Source: Candidatus Omnitrophota bacterium (lineage in GTDB: Bacteria; Omnitrophota; Gorgyraeia; Zapsychrales; JBDRMG01). From it: a stretch of 53,986 bases of DNA. The translations under genes and the position numbers were made by a program. Location: contig JBDRMG010000066.1 of NCBI GenBank assembly GCA_043812495.1, positions 1 to 53,986 of the forward strand. The letters run 5' to 3'. Every line of letters starts with the position of its first letter. Positions within the stretch are counted from its first letter, which is position 1. The notes under the pieces were generated by a model that was given only the letters and a program-made list of their open reading frames with translations, ran no database searches and was not told the origin of the DNA. Of the stretch, positions 27,727-38,541 are shown one piece after another.

Positions 27727-29103
27727 ATGCACGTTTTCATTTTCATTGTGATTAGCTGCATGTTTGCAGCGCTCATGCCGGGGTCTATCTGTGCCGATGA
27801 ACCGACACAAAGCTATACCTCTATCTTTGAGGATAGACCTGTGGTGGGCGTCTGGAAAGAAAACATTGGTGCCCTACAGGGCAGCACGGATCGATTGGTT
27901 GAAATCACCGATATGCTTTTTAAAGAAAACGAATTATTAAGCCAGGAAATCCTGGCCACGCAAAAAGCAATCGAAGACATCAAGAGAGACAGCGAAAAGC
28001 TCATCGGAGAACCTCCCCGTCTGAAGAAACTCATCGGCAGCCAAGAGGAAAGACTCAAGCAAGTCGAGCGGGAATTAGATGCACTTGAAACCCAAGCCAG
28101 TAATCTCAGAAAGAAAAAATTATTGCTGGATAAGGAACTTTCCGCCATCAAGGAATCCCAAAGGCCATGGGAAGAGCAGATCGTTCAATTGACCAAAGAA
28201 GAGACTCTTTTAAGAGAAGAACTCAAAACGCAAGACGCCTTCAAAGAGGAACGCATTCAAGGCATTCAGTTGCGCTCAGAGCAAATCAATAAAGAAGTTC
28301 TCGCGAATCAGGAAGCCTTAAAATCCGTCGAGATTTTGATTAAAGAAAATTCAACTCAATACGCCAAGACTCTCGAAGGGATCGATCAACTGATCAAAGA
28401 AAACAAAGAGACCTCTTTGCAGATTTCGGAAAATCAAAGAACGGTACGCACCGGTGAACGCGAACTCAGACAACTGAGAACGGATAACGAAAAGTTAGAA
28501 AGATCCATTCAGCGCGAATTGGATCGTCAGTCACTGCGCCGAGAAAAATGGCAAAAGGCCGTGGACGCGCTGCAATCCGAAATCAATGAAATCGAACAAT
28601 CAATGGACGCCGATGCGCTCGAAGGATTGTCTAAGCAGAAAACCCAATTGGCCGGACAAATCGAAAATGCCGAAACGGAAAATACGACCCTCCAGCAAGA
28701 AATCGCGGATCTGAATAATGCGATAGACGTTTTGAAAAGAGAAAATGCCATGATTGAAGATTTGCTTGGAGTCCAAAAAGAACTTGTCGGCGAACCTGTT
28801 ATTTCGATTGAGATGTTACGTGAGCTGGCTCCTCAATTTGACAATATCAGCGAGGCTATGGGTTATGCGTATGCCAAACAAGGGTATTACGATACGGCAA
28901 TTGAATATTATTTTAAGGCCCTGAAGGAAGGCGCAAGCCCAAGAAATGTTTATTTCAATTTAGGGTATATCTACTATCAGATGGACGATCTTAAGCGGGC
29001 CGTTCATTATTACAAAAAGGTCTTGGCTGTCGACCCCGAAGATAAGGAAGCCAAATATAATTTGGAGCTTTTGCGCGAAGAACTTCGCGATTCCTCAAAA
29101 TAA
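27727..29103 (+). CDS. Exported long coiled-coil protein with C-terminal TPRs
   Basis: Signal peptide, about 300 aa of heptad-rich region, then MGYAY..YFNLGYIY..AKYNL TPR motifs. Confidence 0.7.
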   Translation: MHVFIFIVISCMFAALMPGSICADEPTQSYTSIFEDRPVVGVWKENIGALQGSTDRLVEITDMLFKENELLSQEILATQKAIEDIKRDSEKLIGEPPRLKKLIGSQEERLKQVERELDALETQASNLRKKKLLLDKELSAIKESQRPWEEQIVQLTKEETLLREELKTQDAFKEERIQGIQLRSEQINKEVLANQEALKSVEILIKENSTQYAKTLEGIDQLIKENKETSLQISENQRTVRTGERELRQLRTDNEKLERSIQRELDRQSLRREKWQKAVDALQSEINEIEQSMDADALEGLSKQKTQLAGQIENAETENTTLQQEIADLNNAIDVLKRENAMIEDLLGVQKELVGEPVISIEMLRELAPQFDNISEAMGYAYAKQGYYDTAIEYYFKALKEGASPRNVYFNLGYIYYQMDDLKRAVHYYKKVLAVDPEDKEAKYNLELLREELRDSSK

Positions 29104-29185
29104 TTATCCCCCCCTTTTTAATACTTCCCATCCAAGCCTTTGCATTGCTAAAATATTGAAATATAATAATTGTATTTAGTTGGTT

Positions 29186-29290
29186 CCCGCCCACCAAAAT
29201 TTAAGACAATTTTGGTGGGCGGGTTAATTCGGCCAGCGACTTACGTCACACCACCTTTGAATGGATTTCCGTAAGTTGCGGCCTCATTAA
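29186..29290 (+). repeat. Double-hairpin element, THAAT family, copy C
   Basis: cccgcccaccaaaatt/aattttggtgggcggg, then ttaat-tc-ggcc..ggcc-tc-attaa. Confidence 0.8.
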
Positions 29291-29420
29291 ACAGTACTTA
29301 CCGAATATATTGACTTCTGGTGCTATCCTGTTATAGAATGACTAACATAATTCATTAATATTAATCTTAATATTACAAATTGCGAGAGAATGAATAGCTT
29401 CAGAATGGAGAGGGGGACCC

Positions 29421-29906
29421 ATGGACGAAATTTTACAGATTTTGAACAATGATGCGCGCATCAGCCCGAAAGAAATCGCTAAGCTGACCGGAAAGCCTGA
29501 AAGCCACATCAAGAACCAAATCAAGAAATACGAGAAAAACGGCACCATTGTCAAATATAAGACCGTGATCAATCAAGATTTGGTGCAGGATTCCGCTTCC
29601 ACCGTGCGGGCGCTTATCGAGGTAAGTATCACACCGCAGAAAAATGTGGGCTTTGATTACGTCGCCGAAAGAATTTATAGCTTTCCTGAGGTTGTAAGCT
29701 GTCATCTTGTTTCGGGAACCTACGATCTTTTGGTGATTGTCGAGGGAGATAATATTCAAACGGTTGCCAGTTTTATTGCCTCAAAGCTTTCTCCCATGGA
29801 AAATGTCCGCGCGACAACGACCCATTTCTTATTAAAAAAATATAAAGAAGACGGACAGATTTTTAAGAAAAAAGACCGACGCAAGCGATTAAATATTTCT
29901 TTTTAA
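29421..29906 (+). CDS. Lrp/AsnC family regulator
   Basis: EIL.IL.NDAR.S..EIA HTH, GFD.VAERI..FPEV, SGTYDL, TTHF.LKKYK; paired with an aminotransferase as in yugG/yugH. Confidence 0.9.
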   Translation: MDEILQILNNDARISPKEIAKLTGKPESHIKNQIKKYEKNGTIVKYKTVINQDLVQDSASTVRALIEVSITPQKNVGFDYVAERIYSFPEVVSCHLVSGTYDLLVIVEGDNIQTVASFIASKLSPMENVRATTTHFLLKKYKEDGQIFKKKDRRKRLNISF

Positions 29907-29933
29907 CATCGCTAACCAAGATTTAAAGAACCG

Positions 29934-31085
29934 ATGAAAATATCACAAACAGTTGAGAAAATGGCGCCTTCGGGCATCCGCGCATTTTTTGATCTTGTGC
30001 TGACCATGAAAGATGTTATTTCTTTGGGCGTGGGGGAGCCGGACTTTGTTACACCCTGGCGTATTCGCGAGAAGGCCATCTATTCGCTCGAAAAAGGCTA
30101 TACCTCGTATACCTCTAATCAGGGCATGCCGGAGTTAAGAAAACAACTGGCTGTTTATTTACGGCATCGCCATGGCCTGGACTACGACGACAAAAAGGAA
30201 ATTTTGATTACCGTCGGCGTCAGCGAAGGAATGGATTTGGTCGTACGGGCCCTTCTTAATCCCGGCGACAAGGTGCTGATTCCCGAACCGCATTACGTGT
30301 CTTACGGGCCCATTGTCGAGATGGCTGGTGGACAACCCATATTTATCCAGACGCACCTTCAGGACGGATTTAAATTAAAACCAAAGCAGATTGAAAAGGC
30401 TTATCACCGAGGCGTGAAGGCCATTATTCTGAATTATCCTTGTAATCCAACAGGCACATCGTACACAAAAGAGGAACTCAAAGAATTATCCCGGATTATC
30501 CTCAAGCACAATCTTCTGGTCATCAGCGATGAGATCTATGATGAGCTCACCTATGATTTTGACCATGTTCCCTTATCGACCTTGAAGGGCATGAAAAAGA
30601 ATGTCATTTATCTCAATGGATTTTCCAAGGCTTTTGCGATGACGGGTTTCCGTATCGGCTGGGCGTGCGGGCCTGAGGAAATCATCGCGGCGATGACCAA
30701 GATTCATCAGTACACCATGATGTGCGTTCCCATCACCAGTCAACTCGCCGGCATCGAAGCGCTCAAAAGCGGTTTTCGTGATGTGCAGGACATGAAAAAA
30801 GAATATGTGCGCCGTCGGCGCTACATCACAACCAGTCTTAATGAGCTTGGGCTAGACTGTCCTATGCCGCAGGGAACGTTTTACGTTTTTCCTTCGATCA
30901 AGAAGACGAAGATGAAATCCATGGATTTTGCGACAGACTTATTGAACAAGAAAAGAGTAGCCCTCGTTCCCGGCGTGGCCTTCGGTCCATCTGGTGAAGG
31001 ACATGTCCGGATTTCTTATGCCTCCAGTTACGATAATCTCAAAGAGGCGGTTTCTCGTTTACGCCAATATTTGGGAAAAATATAG
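29934..31085 (+). CDS. Class I/II PLP aminotransferase
   Basis: SGIRAFF, ISLGVGEPDF, YPCNPTG, SDEIY, NGFSKAFAMTGFRIG. Confidence 0.93.
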   Translation: MKISQTVEKMAPSGIRAFFDLVLTMKDVISLGVGEPDFVTPWRIREKAIYSLEKGYTSYTSNQGMPELRKQLAVYLRHRHGLDYDDKKEILITVGVSEGMDLVVRALLNPGDKVLIPEPHYVSYGPIVEMAGGQPIFIQTHLQDGFKLKPKQIEKAYHRGVKAIILNYPCNPTGTSYTKEELKELSRIILKHNLLVISDEIYDELTYDFDHVPLSTLKGMKKNVIYLNGFSKAFAMTGFRIGWACGPEEIIAAMTKIHQYTMMCVPITSQLAGIEALKSGFRDVQDMKKEYVRRRRYITTSLNELGLDCPMPQGTFYVFPSIKKTKMKSMDFATDLLNKKRVALVPGVAFGPSGEGHVRISYASSYDNLKEAVSRLRQYLGKI

Positions 31086-31141
31086 CTCTTCGTTTTCTGA
31101 ATATTCGTTAGGTAGGAAGAATATTATTGTTTTTGCTTTTG

Positions 31142-31213
31142 CCCCCCACCACTTTTTAAAAAAGTGGTGGGGGGTTAATTCGCCCGCCATTGATTCAGTG
31201 GCGGGCTCATTAA
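31142..31213 (+). repeat. Double-hairpin element, THAAT family, copy B
   Basis: ccccccaccactttt/aaaagtggtgggggg, then ttaat-tc-gcccgccattg..cagtggcgggc-tc-attaa; ends 4 nt before ATG 31218. Confidence 0.85.
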
Positions 31214-31217
31214 ACGG

Positions 31218-33626
31218 ATGCAAACAAAATTCAGAATCTTTTGCCTGCTTGTTGGTTGCCTGGCGTACTCTTCCTGCCTTACGCCTGTCGCCTCTATTCC
31301 AGATTCCCGCGGATCGCTGAAGAAAGCCGAAGAATATGCGCGCCAGTCCGATCTCCTCTATCAAAAAGCTGTCCAGGAGCTCAAAGGAGCTTTAAAGACG
31401 GCCCAAAATTCCGACGAGATTCATATCCAATTGGGTGAACTTTTCTTCCGTCACGCGGATTATCGCAAAACCATCGAACAATTTTCGCTTGTCGATCAAC
31501 CCATAGCAAAGAAATTATGCGCCATGGCCTACTACAAATTAGGCGAATTTACCGATGCCTTGAGTCTGTTCAATCAACTGGGGCCGCTTGCAGACGACGA
31601 GTACTTATATGATTACGGACGCACCTGCGAAGAGCAGAATCTTTTTGATCAAGCGCTGGATATTTACGCGGCCGTCCAACAAGCCGAATTCAAAGACATG
31701 GCCCAAGCACGTATTCAGTTGATTAGCGCAGAAAGACAAAACAAAGGCCTTGAAGATCTAGATCCTTTTGTCCAAGACTTGATCCGTAACGCCCCTTCCC
31801 AAGAGGATAATCCTCAAGCCGCAGCCGTGATCCTTTTTGATCATGAAGGTGTGACCGTCCAAAAGAACAACACCGTCGAATACGTCCATCATTATCTGCT
31901 GAAAATACTCAATGAACGAGGCAAAAAATACGGAGAAATCCAAACCGGCTATGATTCCACCTACGACAAAGTCACAGTTGAGATCGCGCGCACCATTCGA
32001 CCCGACGGCACGGTCATTTCCGTAGGCTCCAAACATACGCGCGATGTTTCGCGCTATCTTAACTTTCCGCTCTACAGCAATGCGCGCGTGCGCATCGTTT
32101 CGATGCCCGAGGTATCCGTCGGGACTTTTATCGAATACAAAGTCAGGATCTCAACAAGCCGCATGATCGCCGATGAGCATTTTCGCGCGCAATATTTGCT
32201 TCAGCCCGGAGATCCTGTCCTGAGAGCCAAGTTTGTTGTCAGCCTTCCCGTTGAAAAGAAGCTCAAGCAAAAAATTCTGAACAGAGAATACAATCCCTCG
32301 GGGATTACGCTTGAGCCAAACGTTGCAGACGACGGGAATCAAACAACCTACACGTGGGAATTCGAAAATATTCCTTTGATGATCCCCGAACCCAGCATGC
32401 CTCCCAGGGTGGAAATCACTCCTAATATTCTATTATCGACTTTTGAAAGCTGGGACGAAATCTATAACTGGTGGTGGGCGCTCGCCAAGGATAAGATGGA
32501 AACAAACCGGGAGATGAAAGATAAGATTCGCGAATTGATCAATGGAAAAGAAACGCTTTTGGATCAGATCAAGGCGATTTATCATTTTTGCGCCAAAGAA
32601 ATCCGTTATGTCGCCGTGGAATACGGCCAGGCCGGTTTTGAGCCTCATCAAGCAAGCGAGATTTTTGAAAATAAATACGGGGACTGTAAAGATCAATCGA
32701 TTCTCTTGATTTCTATGCTTAAAGGTATCGGCGTCCCGGCGTATCCCGTCTTGATTCCGACGCGCGGGACAACGGCGCTCATGGATGATTTTCCCATGGT
32801 TTTATTTAATCATGCGATTGTCGCGATCAAATGGGATCACGTATGGGTCTTTCTTGATCCCACGGGGGAGACAGTCTCTTTCGGCGATCTGCCGCAAGGA
32901 GATCAGGGCCGACGCGTGATGATCTTTCGCGAAGACGGTTGGGAACTCGCCACAATACCCCGGTTCCCCGCCGAGCACAATCAGACACGAAGAAAGACGG
33001 TCTTACAATTTGATAACGACGAGAATATTACAGCCGAAAGAACCGTTTGGACCAAGGGGGTTTTTGACCAGTCCCAGCGCAGGCGATTCCGTTATACCAT
33101 GCCGATCTTAATTGAAGAGAGCCTCAAAACAGCCATTCAAAATATTATCCCGGCCTCAACCCTGATCGATTATACCATCGAAAACGTCGAGGATATGAAT
33201 AAAGAAATCGTGCTTTCGTATCATTTTCGGGGCAGTGATTATTTGATTAAAGCCGGGAATGATATGCGCGTTGTTCCCTTCTGGGGCGGCATCAACTTAA
33301 ATCTTGCGGCTAAAGATGCGCGGGTTTATCCGATTGATTTAACGATGCTGACTGACGAAGAATCCACCATGGAACTGCGCTTGCCGCCCACCTATAGCCT
33401 TTTGTCTTTACCTGAAGCCGTCATCCGAGAAACGCCCTGGTTTCGCTTTGAAGGGACCTATACGTTTGAAAATAATGTTGTTCGCTATAGCGAAAAGACG
33501 CTTGATAAAACAGTTCGTATTGAGATAGAGGATTACGCAGGTTATAAATCAGCTCTGGAGCAGCTGTCCAAGGATATCCGGCAAAGCGTCATTCTTAGAA
33601 GAAAGACCAAAGACCATGCCCCCTAA
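31218..33626 (+). CDS. Exported TPR + DUF3857 + transglutaminase-like protein
   Basis: Signal peptide, TPRs, IRYVAVEYG, YGDCKDQ, FNHAI, FLDPT (Cys-His-Asp triad). Confidence 0.85.
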   Translation: MQTKFRIFCLLVGCLAYSSCLTPVASIPDSRGSLKKAEEYARQSDLLYQKAVQELKGALKTAQNSDEIHIQLGELFFRHADYRKTIEQFSLVDQPIAKKLCAMAYYKLGEFTDALSLFNQLGPLADDEYLYDYGRTCEEQNLFDQALDIYAAVQQAEFKDMAQARIQLISAERQNKGLEDLDPFVQDLIRNAPSQEDNPQAAAVILFDHEGVTVQKNNTVEYVHHYLLKILNERGKKYGEIQTGYDSTYDKVTVEIARTIRPDGTVISVGSKHTRDVSRYLNFPLYSNARVRIVSMPEVSVGTFIEYKVRISTSRMIADEHFRAQYLLQPGDPVLRAKFVVSLPVEKKLKQKILNREYNPSGITLEPNVADDGNQTTYTWEFENIPLMIPEPSMPPRVEITPNILLSTFESWDEIYNWWWALAKDKMETNREMKDKIRELINGKETLLDQIKAIYHFCAKEIRYVAVEYGQAGFEPHQASEIFENKYGDCKDQSILLISMLKGIGVPAYPVLIPTRGTTALMDDFPMVLFNHAIVAIKWDHVWVFLDPTGETVSFGDLPQGDQGRRVMIFREDGWELATIPRFPAEHNQTRRKTVLQFDNDENITAERTVWTKGVFDQSQRRRFRYTMPILIEESLKTAIQNIIPASTLIDYTIENVEDMNKEIVLSYHFRGSDYLIKAGNDMRVVPFWGGINLNLAAKDARVYPIDLTMLTDEESTMELRLPPTYSLLSLPEAVIRETPWFRFEGTYTFENNVVRYSEKTLDKTVRIEIEDYAGYKSALEQLSKDIRQSVILRRKTKDHAP

Positions 33627-34008
33627 AGAGAAAAAGAAAGATAATCATATCGACTTTGAAATCGAATTTTATCAAAAGGTTGTTATCGAAAGGCCAAATT
33701 TTGTCGAAGCGCTGATCGCCCTGGGTGATCTCTATACAAAGAAAGGCCTCATCAATGAAGGCCTGAAAGTCGATGAGAGGTTGTCGAAATTAAAACCCGA
33801 TGACCCTCTGATTCTTTATAATCTGGCCTGCAGTTATTCGCTCCTTGGGAATAACGACCTGGCTTTTGACGCAATCAAAAAAGCCATTCATCACGGCTAT
33901 GATGATTTTAGTCATTTGAAGAAAGACCAAGATCTGGAGAATCTCCGGCGAGATCCGCGCTTTCAGGGGCTTCTTGACAAAATCGAGCGTACGCCAAAGA
34001 AACCATGA
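33616..34008 (+). CDS. TPR protein
   Basis: LGDLYT..G..EGL.VD..L..L.P.DP...YNLACSYSL. Confidence 0.75.
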   Translation: MPPKEKKKDNHIDFEIEFYQKVVIERPNFVEALIALGDLYTKKGLINEGLKVDERLSKLKPDDPLILYNLACSYSLLGNNDLAFDAIKKAIHHGYDDFSHLKKDQDLENLRRDPRFQGLLDKIERTPKKP

Positions 34009-35111
34009 CCGATACACCCAAAGCCAAACATTATCATCGCTTAAAAAACAGAATGTTCTTTGTTCAGCTGGGTCTCAACGTCCTTATTCTGGTTGTTCTT
34101 CTTGCAAGTGGTTTATCGTTGGGTTTGCGCAATTTCTCCGGACGAATTTTTAATCATTTTCTTCTAGCCAATGGTCTGTACATCATGATTTTTGGAATTG
34201 CGATGTACCTCCTGTATTTTCCTCTAAGCATGTTGGAAGGCTATATCTGGGAACATCGTTTTTCTTTATCGAATCAGAAATTTCTTGATTGGCTCAAAGA
34301 TGATTTTAAAAAGGCTATTTTGAGCGGCTTTGTATCTCTTTTAGCGATTGAAGTTGTCTATGTGCTCTTAAGGCATTATCCTCAGACCTGGTGGATCGGG
34401 GCGAGCCTTTTTTGGTTGTTCTTAAGTCTTGTTTTGGCCCGCCTGATGCCGCAAGTGATCATTCCGTTATTTTACAAATATCTGGACATTGACAATGAGG
34501 ACTTAAAGAGACGCGTCTTGGAACTTTTCGAACATTGTCATTTAAAGATCAAAAATGTCTATTCTATCAATTTTTCGACGAAGACAAAGAAAGCCAATGC
34601 GTTCATTTGCGGTCTGGGTAATAACAGAAGAGTCGTTTTGACCGACAACCTTCTGGACAACTTCACGATCGATGAAATCGAAACCGTTGTGGCCCACGAA
34701 ATCGGTCACTACCAACACCACGATATTTTGAAATTAACCATGGTTCATTCGGCGGTTATGTTCGGCAGCTTTTTCTTGATTCACCTTTTCTTAAAGAATT
34801 CCTTGGCTTGGTTCGAGCTTAAAACCATTGATGATATTGCTTTTTTCCCCATGATCGCTTTGGCCTTGATGGTTTTGGGATTCTGCGTGACGCCTTTTTT
34901 AAATACCTTTAGCCGGCGCTGCGAAGTGCGGGCCGATCATTTTAGCGTGTCGTTGACAAAGAAACCAAGCGCCTTGATTAGCGCGTTTGAAAAACTAGGC
35001 CAGATGAACCTGGCGGAATTTGCACCCGGCAAATGGGTTGAACTCTTTTTTTATGACCATCCGCCGCTCGCCAAGAGAATCGCGGATATTCAGAAACTAA
35101 AAATCGGATAG
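34005..35111 (+). CDS. M48 (Ste24/HtpX-like) membrane zinc metalloprotease
   Basis: ANAF..GLG..RRVVL.D.L, VAHEIGH, E..AD, DHPP...RI. Confidence 0.92.
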   Translation: MTDTPKAKHYHRLKNRMFFVQLGLNVLILVVLLASGLSLGLRNFSGRIFNHFLLANGLYIMIFGIAMYLLYFPLSMLEGYIWEHRFSLSNQKFLDWLKDDFKKAILSGFVSLLAIEVVYVLLRHYPQTWWIGASLFWLFLSLVLARLMPQVIIPLFYKYLDIDNEDLKRRVLELFEHCHLKIKNVYSINFSTKTKKANAFICGLGNNRRVVLTDNLLDNFTIDEIETVVAHEIGHYQHHDILKLTMVHSAVMFGSFFLIHLFLKNSLAWFELKTIDDIAFFPMIALALMVLGFCVTPFLNTFSRRCEVRADHFSVSLTKKPSALISAFEKLGQMNLAEFAPGKWVELFFYDHPPLAKRIADIQKLKIG

Positions 35112-35119
35112 GGAAAAAG

Positions 35120-37948
35120 ATGAAAAACGTAAAACGCAAAAGCTGTTTTTTGATTATTGCTCTTGTAGGGATGATGTGCGGAATTTTCTTCACAAAGGAC
35201 GCCCTAGGCTTTGAATTTCCCCGCTATGAAATCGAGGCCACCATTGACGTCCAGGCGAAACGTATTTCATCGACGCAGGTTGTAACATTCACCAACAATA
35301 CCCAAAACCCTGTCAAGGAAGTCTATTTTCACGCATACCCTAACCGCGAGTATACGAAAAAAGAAAAAGACTTCATGATGCTTTACGCGGGGTATTTTAA
35401 GATGGATCCTTTCCCGGACGGCTTTCAGTCCGGCAATATGGAATTCCGCGAAATTTCCTGCGAGGGAAAAAGTCTGATGTTCGCATTTGAAGGAAAGGAC
35501 AAGACGCTTCTTAGAGTTCAATTGCAAAAAGAACTCAAAACCGGACAGAGCATAAAAATAGAACTTGCCTATACCGTTAGTATTCCGCATGCGTACGGTC
35601 GGTTCGGCTGGCACAAAAACATTTTCGCCTTATCGCGCTTTTATCCGATTCTCTCAGTTCTGGATGAAAAAGGCTGGAATAAGAATCCCTTTTATCCGTT
35701 TCATCGGCCCTTTTTTAGCGATGCATCTATCTATGAAGTTAAGCTTACACTTCCTAAGGATTTTGTCGCTATCTATTCCGGCGACCTTGAAAGCGAGCAG
35801 GATGTTAATGGCAGGCGTCGATTATGGATTAAAACGCCTTTGCCGATTCGGGAATTTACCCTGGCTTTAAGCCCGGATTACAAAATCGCTCAAGAGGCAT
35901 TGAACGGCGTTACCGTCAAATCGTTTTATCTCACCGGAGACAAAGTCCGCGGCGAAAAGGCTCTTGAAATTGCGCGTGATACGATCGAATTTTATACAGA
36001 TCGTTTTGGAGCGTATCCCTATAAGACATTCAGCATTGCGCCGGTGTATCTGGGTTATGGCGGCGAGCAGATGTCCAATATGATTTTTATCGATACCCGC
36101 GTTTATCAACTGCCCAAAATTCTCAACCGCCATTTTGAGTTTTTGATCGCGCATGAAATCGGCCATCAATGGTTTTATAATCTGGTGGGCGTCAATGAAT
36201 TTTCCGAAATGTGGCTTGAAGAAGGCGTGAACTCTTATTTTATCCTCGCGTATCTTGAAAACAAATATGGATTCGATGCCGACGTCATCGAATGGCCCAA
36301 AGATTTAGATTGGCTTTTGCCGAACTTTTCTTTTCGCCGCGCGAGGGACTACCGATATAAAATTCTTGCCCGCATCGATTTAAATTATCCTTTAACCAGC
36401 AAGCTCTCCAGCTACAAAGAGCCCAGCAGTATATTCTCACTTACCTATGGTAAGGGCGCGTCCATTGTGTCCATGTTGCGTTATGTCATCAGCGACGAGG
36501 CCTTTGCAAGAGTATTTCAAAGAATCTTCAAAGACTATCGGCATCGCAACTTTTCTGTTGAACAGCTCATTAAGTTATGTGAAGAGGAAGGCGGCCGGGA
36601 CTTGCGCTGGTTTTTCAGCGAGTGGCTTGAAACCACCGAAAGCTGCGATTATGCCGTCGGTAGCGTAAGGGGCAAGGAAATTATCCTGGAAAACCGGGGT
36701 GGAATCCATATGCCCGTTGATGTTGAGATTGACTACCGTGATGGGAAGAAAGAAATTATTCGCTGGAACGGAAAAGGACACACAGAGAAGATTCTTGCAG
36801 AGGCGGGCCGATTAGTTAAGCGAGTCACCATCGATCCTCAAAAACGATTACTTGATATCGATCAAACCAATAATACGTGGCCCCGAAAAGTTCATATCCA
36901 ACCGGTTGCGATGTATACGCCCTTGCACGAGATTCCTTTGGCGCTACCGGAAGATAGCTACAATATTGTCTTTGGGCCCGAAGCGGCTAATTCCGGCTTA
37001 GGCATTAAAGCGGTTGCTCAAAAACCATATGATCAAATCGTCTATGCGGCCACGGATTTTGAATTTGGCGAAAGTCTGCAGCATACGCGCGTAGGCTATC
37101 AGCTCAAGAACGTTTTGAACACGCAAGCGAGCCTCGGGTTTGAATTATTCAATATCAATGACTGGGATGATGGTGAGCGCGATCTTATTGGCGGGAAAGT
37201 CTATCTAAGAAAAGAACTCAGGCCCGTCGCCTACAGTTTAAGCGTCATCAACGATCATTTCACCTTATACGTGATGCGCGACCGCAGCCTGAATAAGGGC
37301 TTGTCGTTAAGCGGATGGGAAGATTCCCGCAATGCATCGTATTTAAAGAAAGATGAAGCGCTCGTCGGCGGTGTTCTTCATTTAGAGCGCAATGGTCCTC
37401 ATCCGGATCCGCGGCAAGGTTTTAAATCCGATTTACTTCTTGAAAGTTCCGGGCATTTCCTGGGTGCCACGCAATATTTCTATCGGGGATCATGGGATGT
37501 CGGAGTCTATCATCCTGTGACGGCCAAAAGCAAGATTGCCTTGCGCGTCAAATACGGCTGGGGATATCCGGATGATAAAAATCTTTATGAAGCCGGCGGC
37601 CCGTTTGGCCTGCGTGGTTATGACCGTAAAACCGTGCGTGGTTCCCGTATGGGGCTGGGAAGCCTGGAATATCGTTTTCCTCTGATGAAAGATTTGAATA
37701 TATCTTTTCTGGATCATATCATTCGCTTGGATGCGATCAGCGGCGTTGTTTTTGCGGATATCGGGCAAAGCTGGTTTGAGGATATCGATGATGTGAGTCT
37801 GAAAAAAGATGCTGGCGGCGGCTTGAGATGTGAGGTCAGCATCGGCTCATTCTTAGAAAAAGTCCTTGTGCGTATGGACGTGGCGCAGGCGATCAATGAT
37901 TCGAAAGAAGATACAAAAGTTTGGTTTGGGATTAATCATTCATTTTGA
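35120..37948 (+). CDS. M1-family zinc aminopeptidase fused to a C-terminal Omp85 (BamA/TamA-like) beta-barrel
   Basis: AHEIGHQWF...WLEEG and YGKGA; C-terminal GLRGYD, LEYRFP, FADIG, AGGGLR, RMDVA and terminal F. Confidence 0.78.
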   Translation: MKNVKRKSCFLIIALVGMMCGIFFTKDALGFEFPRYEIEATIDVQAKRISSTQVVTFTNNTQNPVKEVYFHAYPNREYTKKEKDFMMLYAGYFKMDPFPDGFQSGNMEFREISCEGKSLMFAFEGKDKTLLRVQLQKELKTGQSIKIELAYTVSIPHAYGRFGWHKNIFALSRFYPILSVLDEKGWNKNPFYPFHRPFFSDASIYEVKLTLPKDFVAIYSGDLESEQDVNGRRRLWIKTPLPIREFTLALSPDYKIAQEALNGVTVKSFYLTGDKVRGEKALEIARDTIEFYTDRFGAYPYKTFSIAPVYLGYGGEQMSNMIFIDTRVYQLPKILNRHFEFLIAHEIGHQWFYNLVGVNEFSEMWLEEGVNSYFILAYLENKYGFDADVIEWPKDLDWLLPNFSFRRARDYRYKILARIDLNYPLTSKLSSYKEPSSIFSLTYGKGASIVSMLRYVISDEAFARVFQRIFKDYRHRNFSVEQLIKLCEEEGGRDLRWFFSEWLETTESCDYAVGSVRGKEIILENRGGIHMPVDVEIDYRDGKKEIIRWNGKGHTEKILAEAGRLVKRVTIDPQKRLLDIDQTNNTWPRKVHIQPVAMYTPLHEIPLALPEDSYNIVFGPEAANSGLGIKAVAQKPYDQIVYAATDFEFGESLQHTRVGYQLKNVLNTQASLGFELFNINDWDDGERDLIGGKVYLRKELRPVAYSLSVINDHFTLYVMRDRSLNKGLSLSGWEDSRNASYLKKDEALVGGVLHLERNGPHPDPRQGFKSDLLLESSGHFLGATQYFYRGSWDVGVYHPVTAKSKIALRVKYGWGYPDDKNLYEAGGPFGLRGYDRKTVRGSRMGLGSLEYRFPLMKDLNISFLDHIIRLDAISGVVFADIGQSWFEDIDDVSLKKDAGGGLRCEVSIGSFLEKVLVRMDVAQAINDSKEDTKVWFGINHSF

Positions 37949-37951
37949 AAC

Positions 37952-38040
37952 AAGTTTATCGAGTTGACGAGCTAGCCAGTTGGCGAGTTTAACGAGTTCT
38001 CAGAACTTGCCAACTCGTTGAACTCAACAACTCGTCAACT
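37952..38040. repeat. Inverted arrays of degenerate 8-9-mers (gagttgac/aactcgtc), no cargo gene
   Basis: agttgacgag (37962-37971) is the exact complement of ctcgtcaact (38031-38040). Confidence 0.75.
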
Positions 38041-38058
38041 AGATTGGGGATTTGAAAG

Positions 38059-38475
38059 ATGAAGGCCTTTCGCGAAGAAATTTGGTTTAACACAAAAACC
38101 CGGCGAGACTACATCAACATCACCGACCAAATTCAGAAAATGGTCACGAAAAGCGGCATTAAAGAGGGTTTGTGTTTGGTCAACGCTATGCATATTACCG
38201 CGAGCGTCTTTATCAATGACGATGAAAGCGGTCTGATTCAGGATTTTGACGACTGGCTGGAAAAGCTTGCTCCGCATGAACCGGTCAGTCATTATCGTCA
38301 TAATGTGGGCGAAGATAACGGCGATGCGCATTTGAAACGCCAGGTGATGGGCCGGGAGGTCGTTGTGGCCGTGACAAATGGTCGATTGGATTTCGGACCG
38401 TGGGAGCAGATTTTCTATGGAGAATTTGATGGAAGGAGAAAGAAACGAGTATTGGTTAAGATTATCGGAGAATAG
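38059..38475 (+). CDS. yjbQ: YjbQ (UPF0047) family protein, second paralog
   Basis: [51 protein letters not shown]. Confidence 0.92.
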   Translation: MKAFREEIWFNTKTRRDYINITDQIQKMVTKSGIKEGLCLVNAMHITASVFINDDESGLIQDFDDWLEKLAPHEPVSHYRHNVGEDNGDAHLKRQVMGREVVVAVTNGRLDFGPWEQIFYGEFDGRRKKRVLVKIIGE

Positions 38476-38486
38476 AGGAATCTGCA

Positions 38487-38541
38487 TCAATTCGTACAAA
38501 TGATTTACGTCACTTCGTTCCGTAAATCATGTACTCATTGA
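38487..38541 (+). repeat. THAAT-family hairpin, copy H (H1 absent), forming the spacer of the yjbQ 3' duplication
   Basis: tcaat-tc-gtac-aa-atgatttacg..cgtaaatcat-gtac-tc-attga. Confidence 0.75.
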
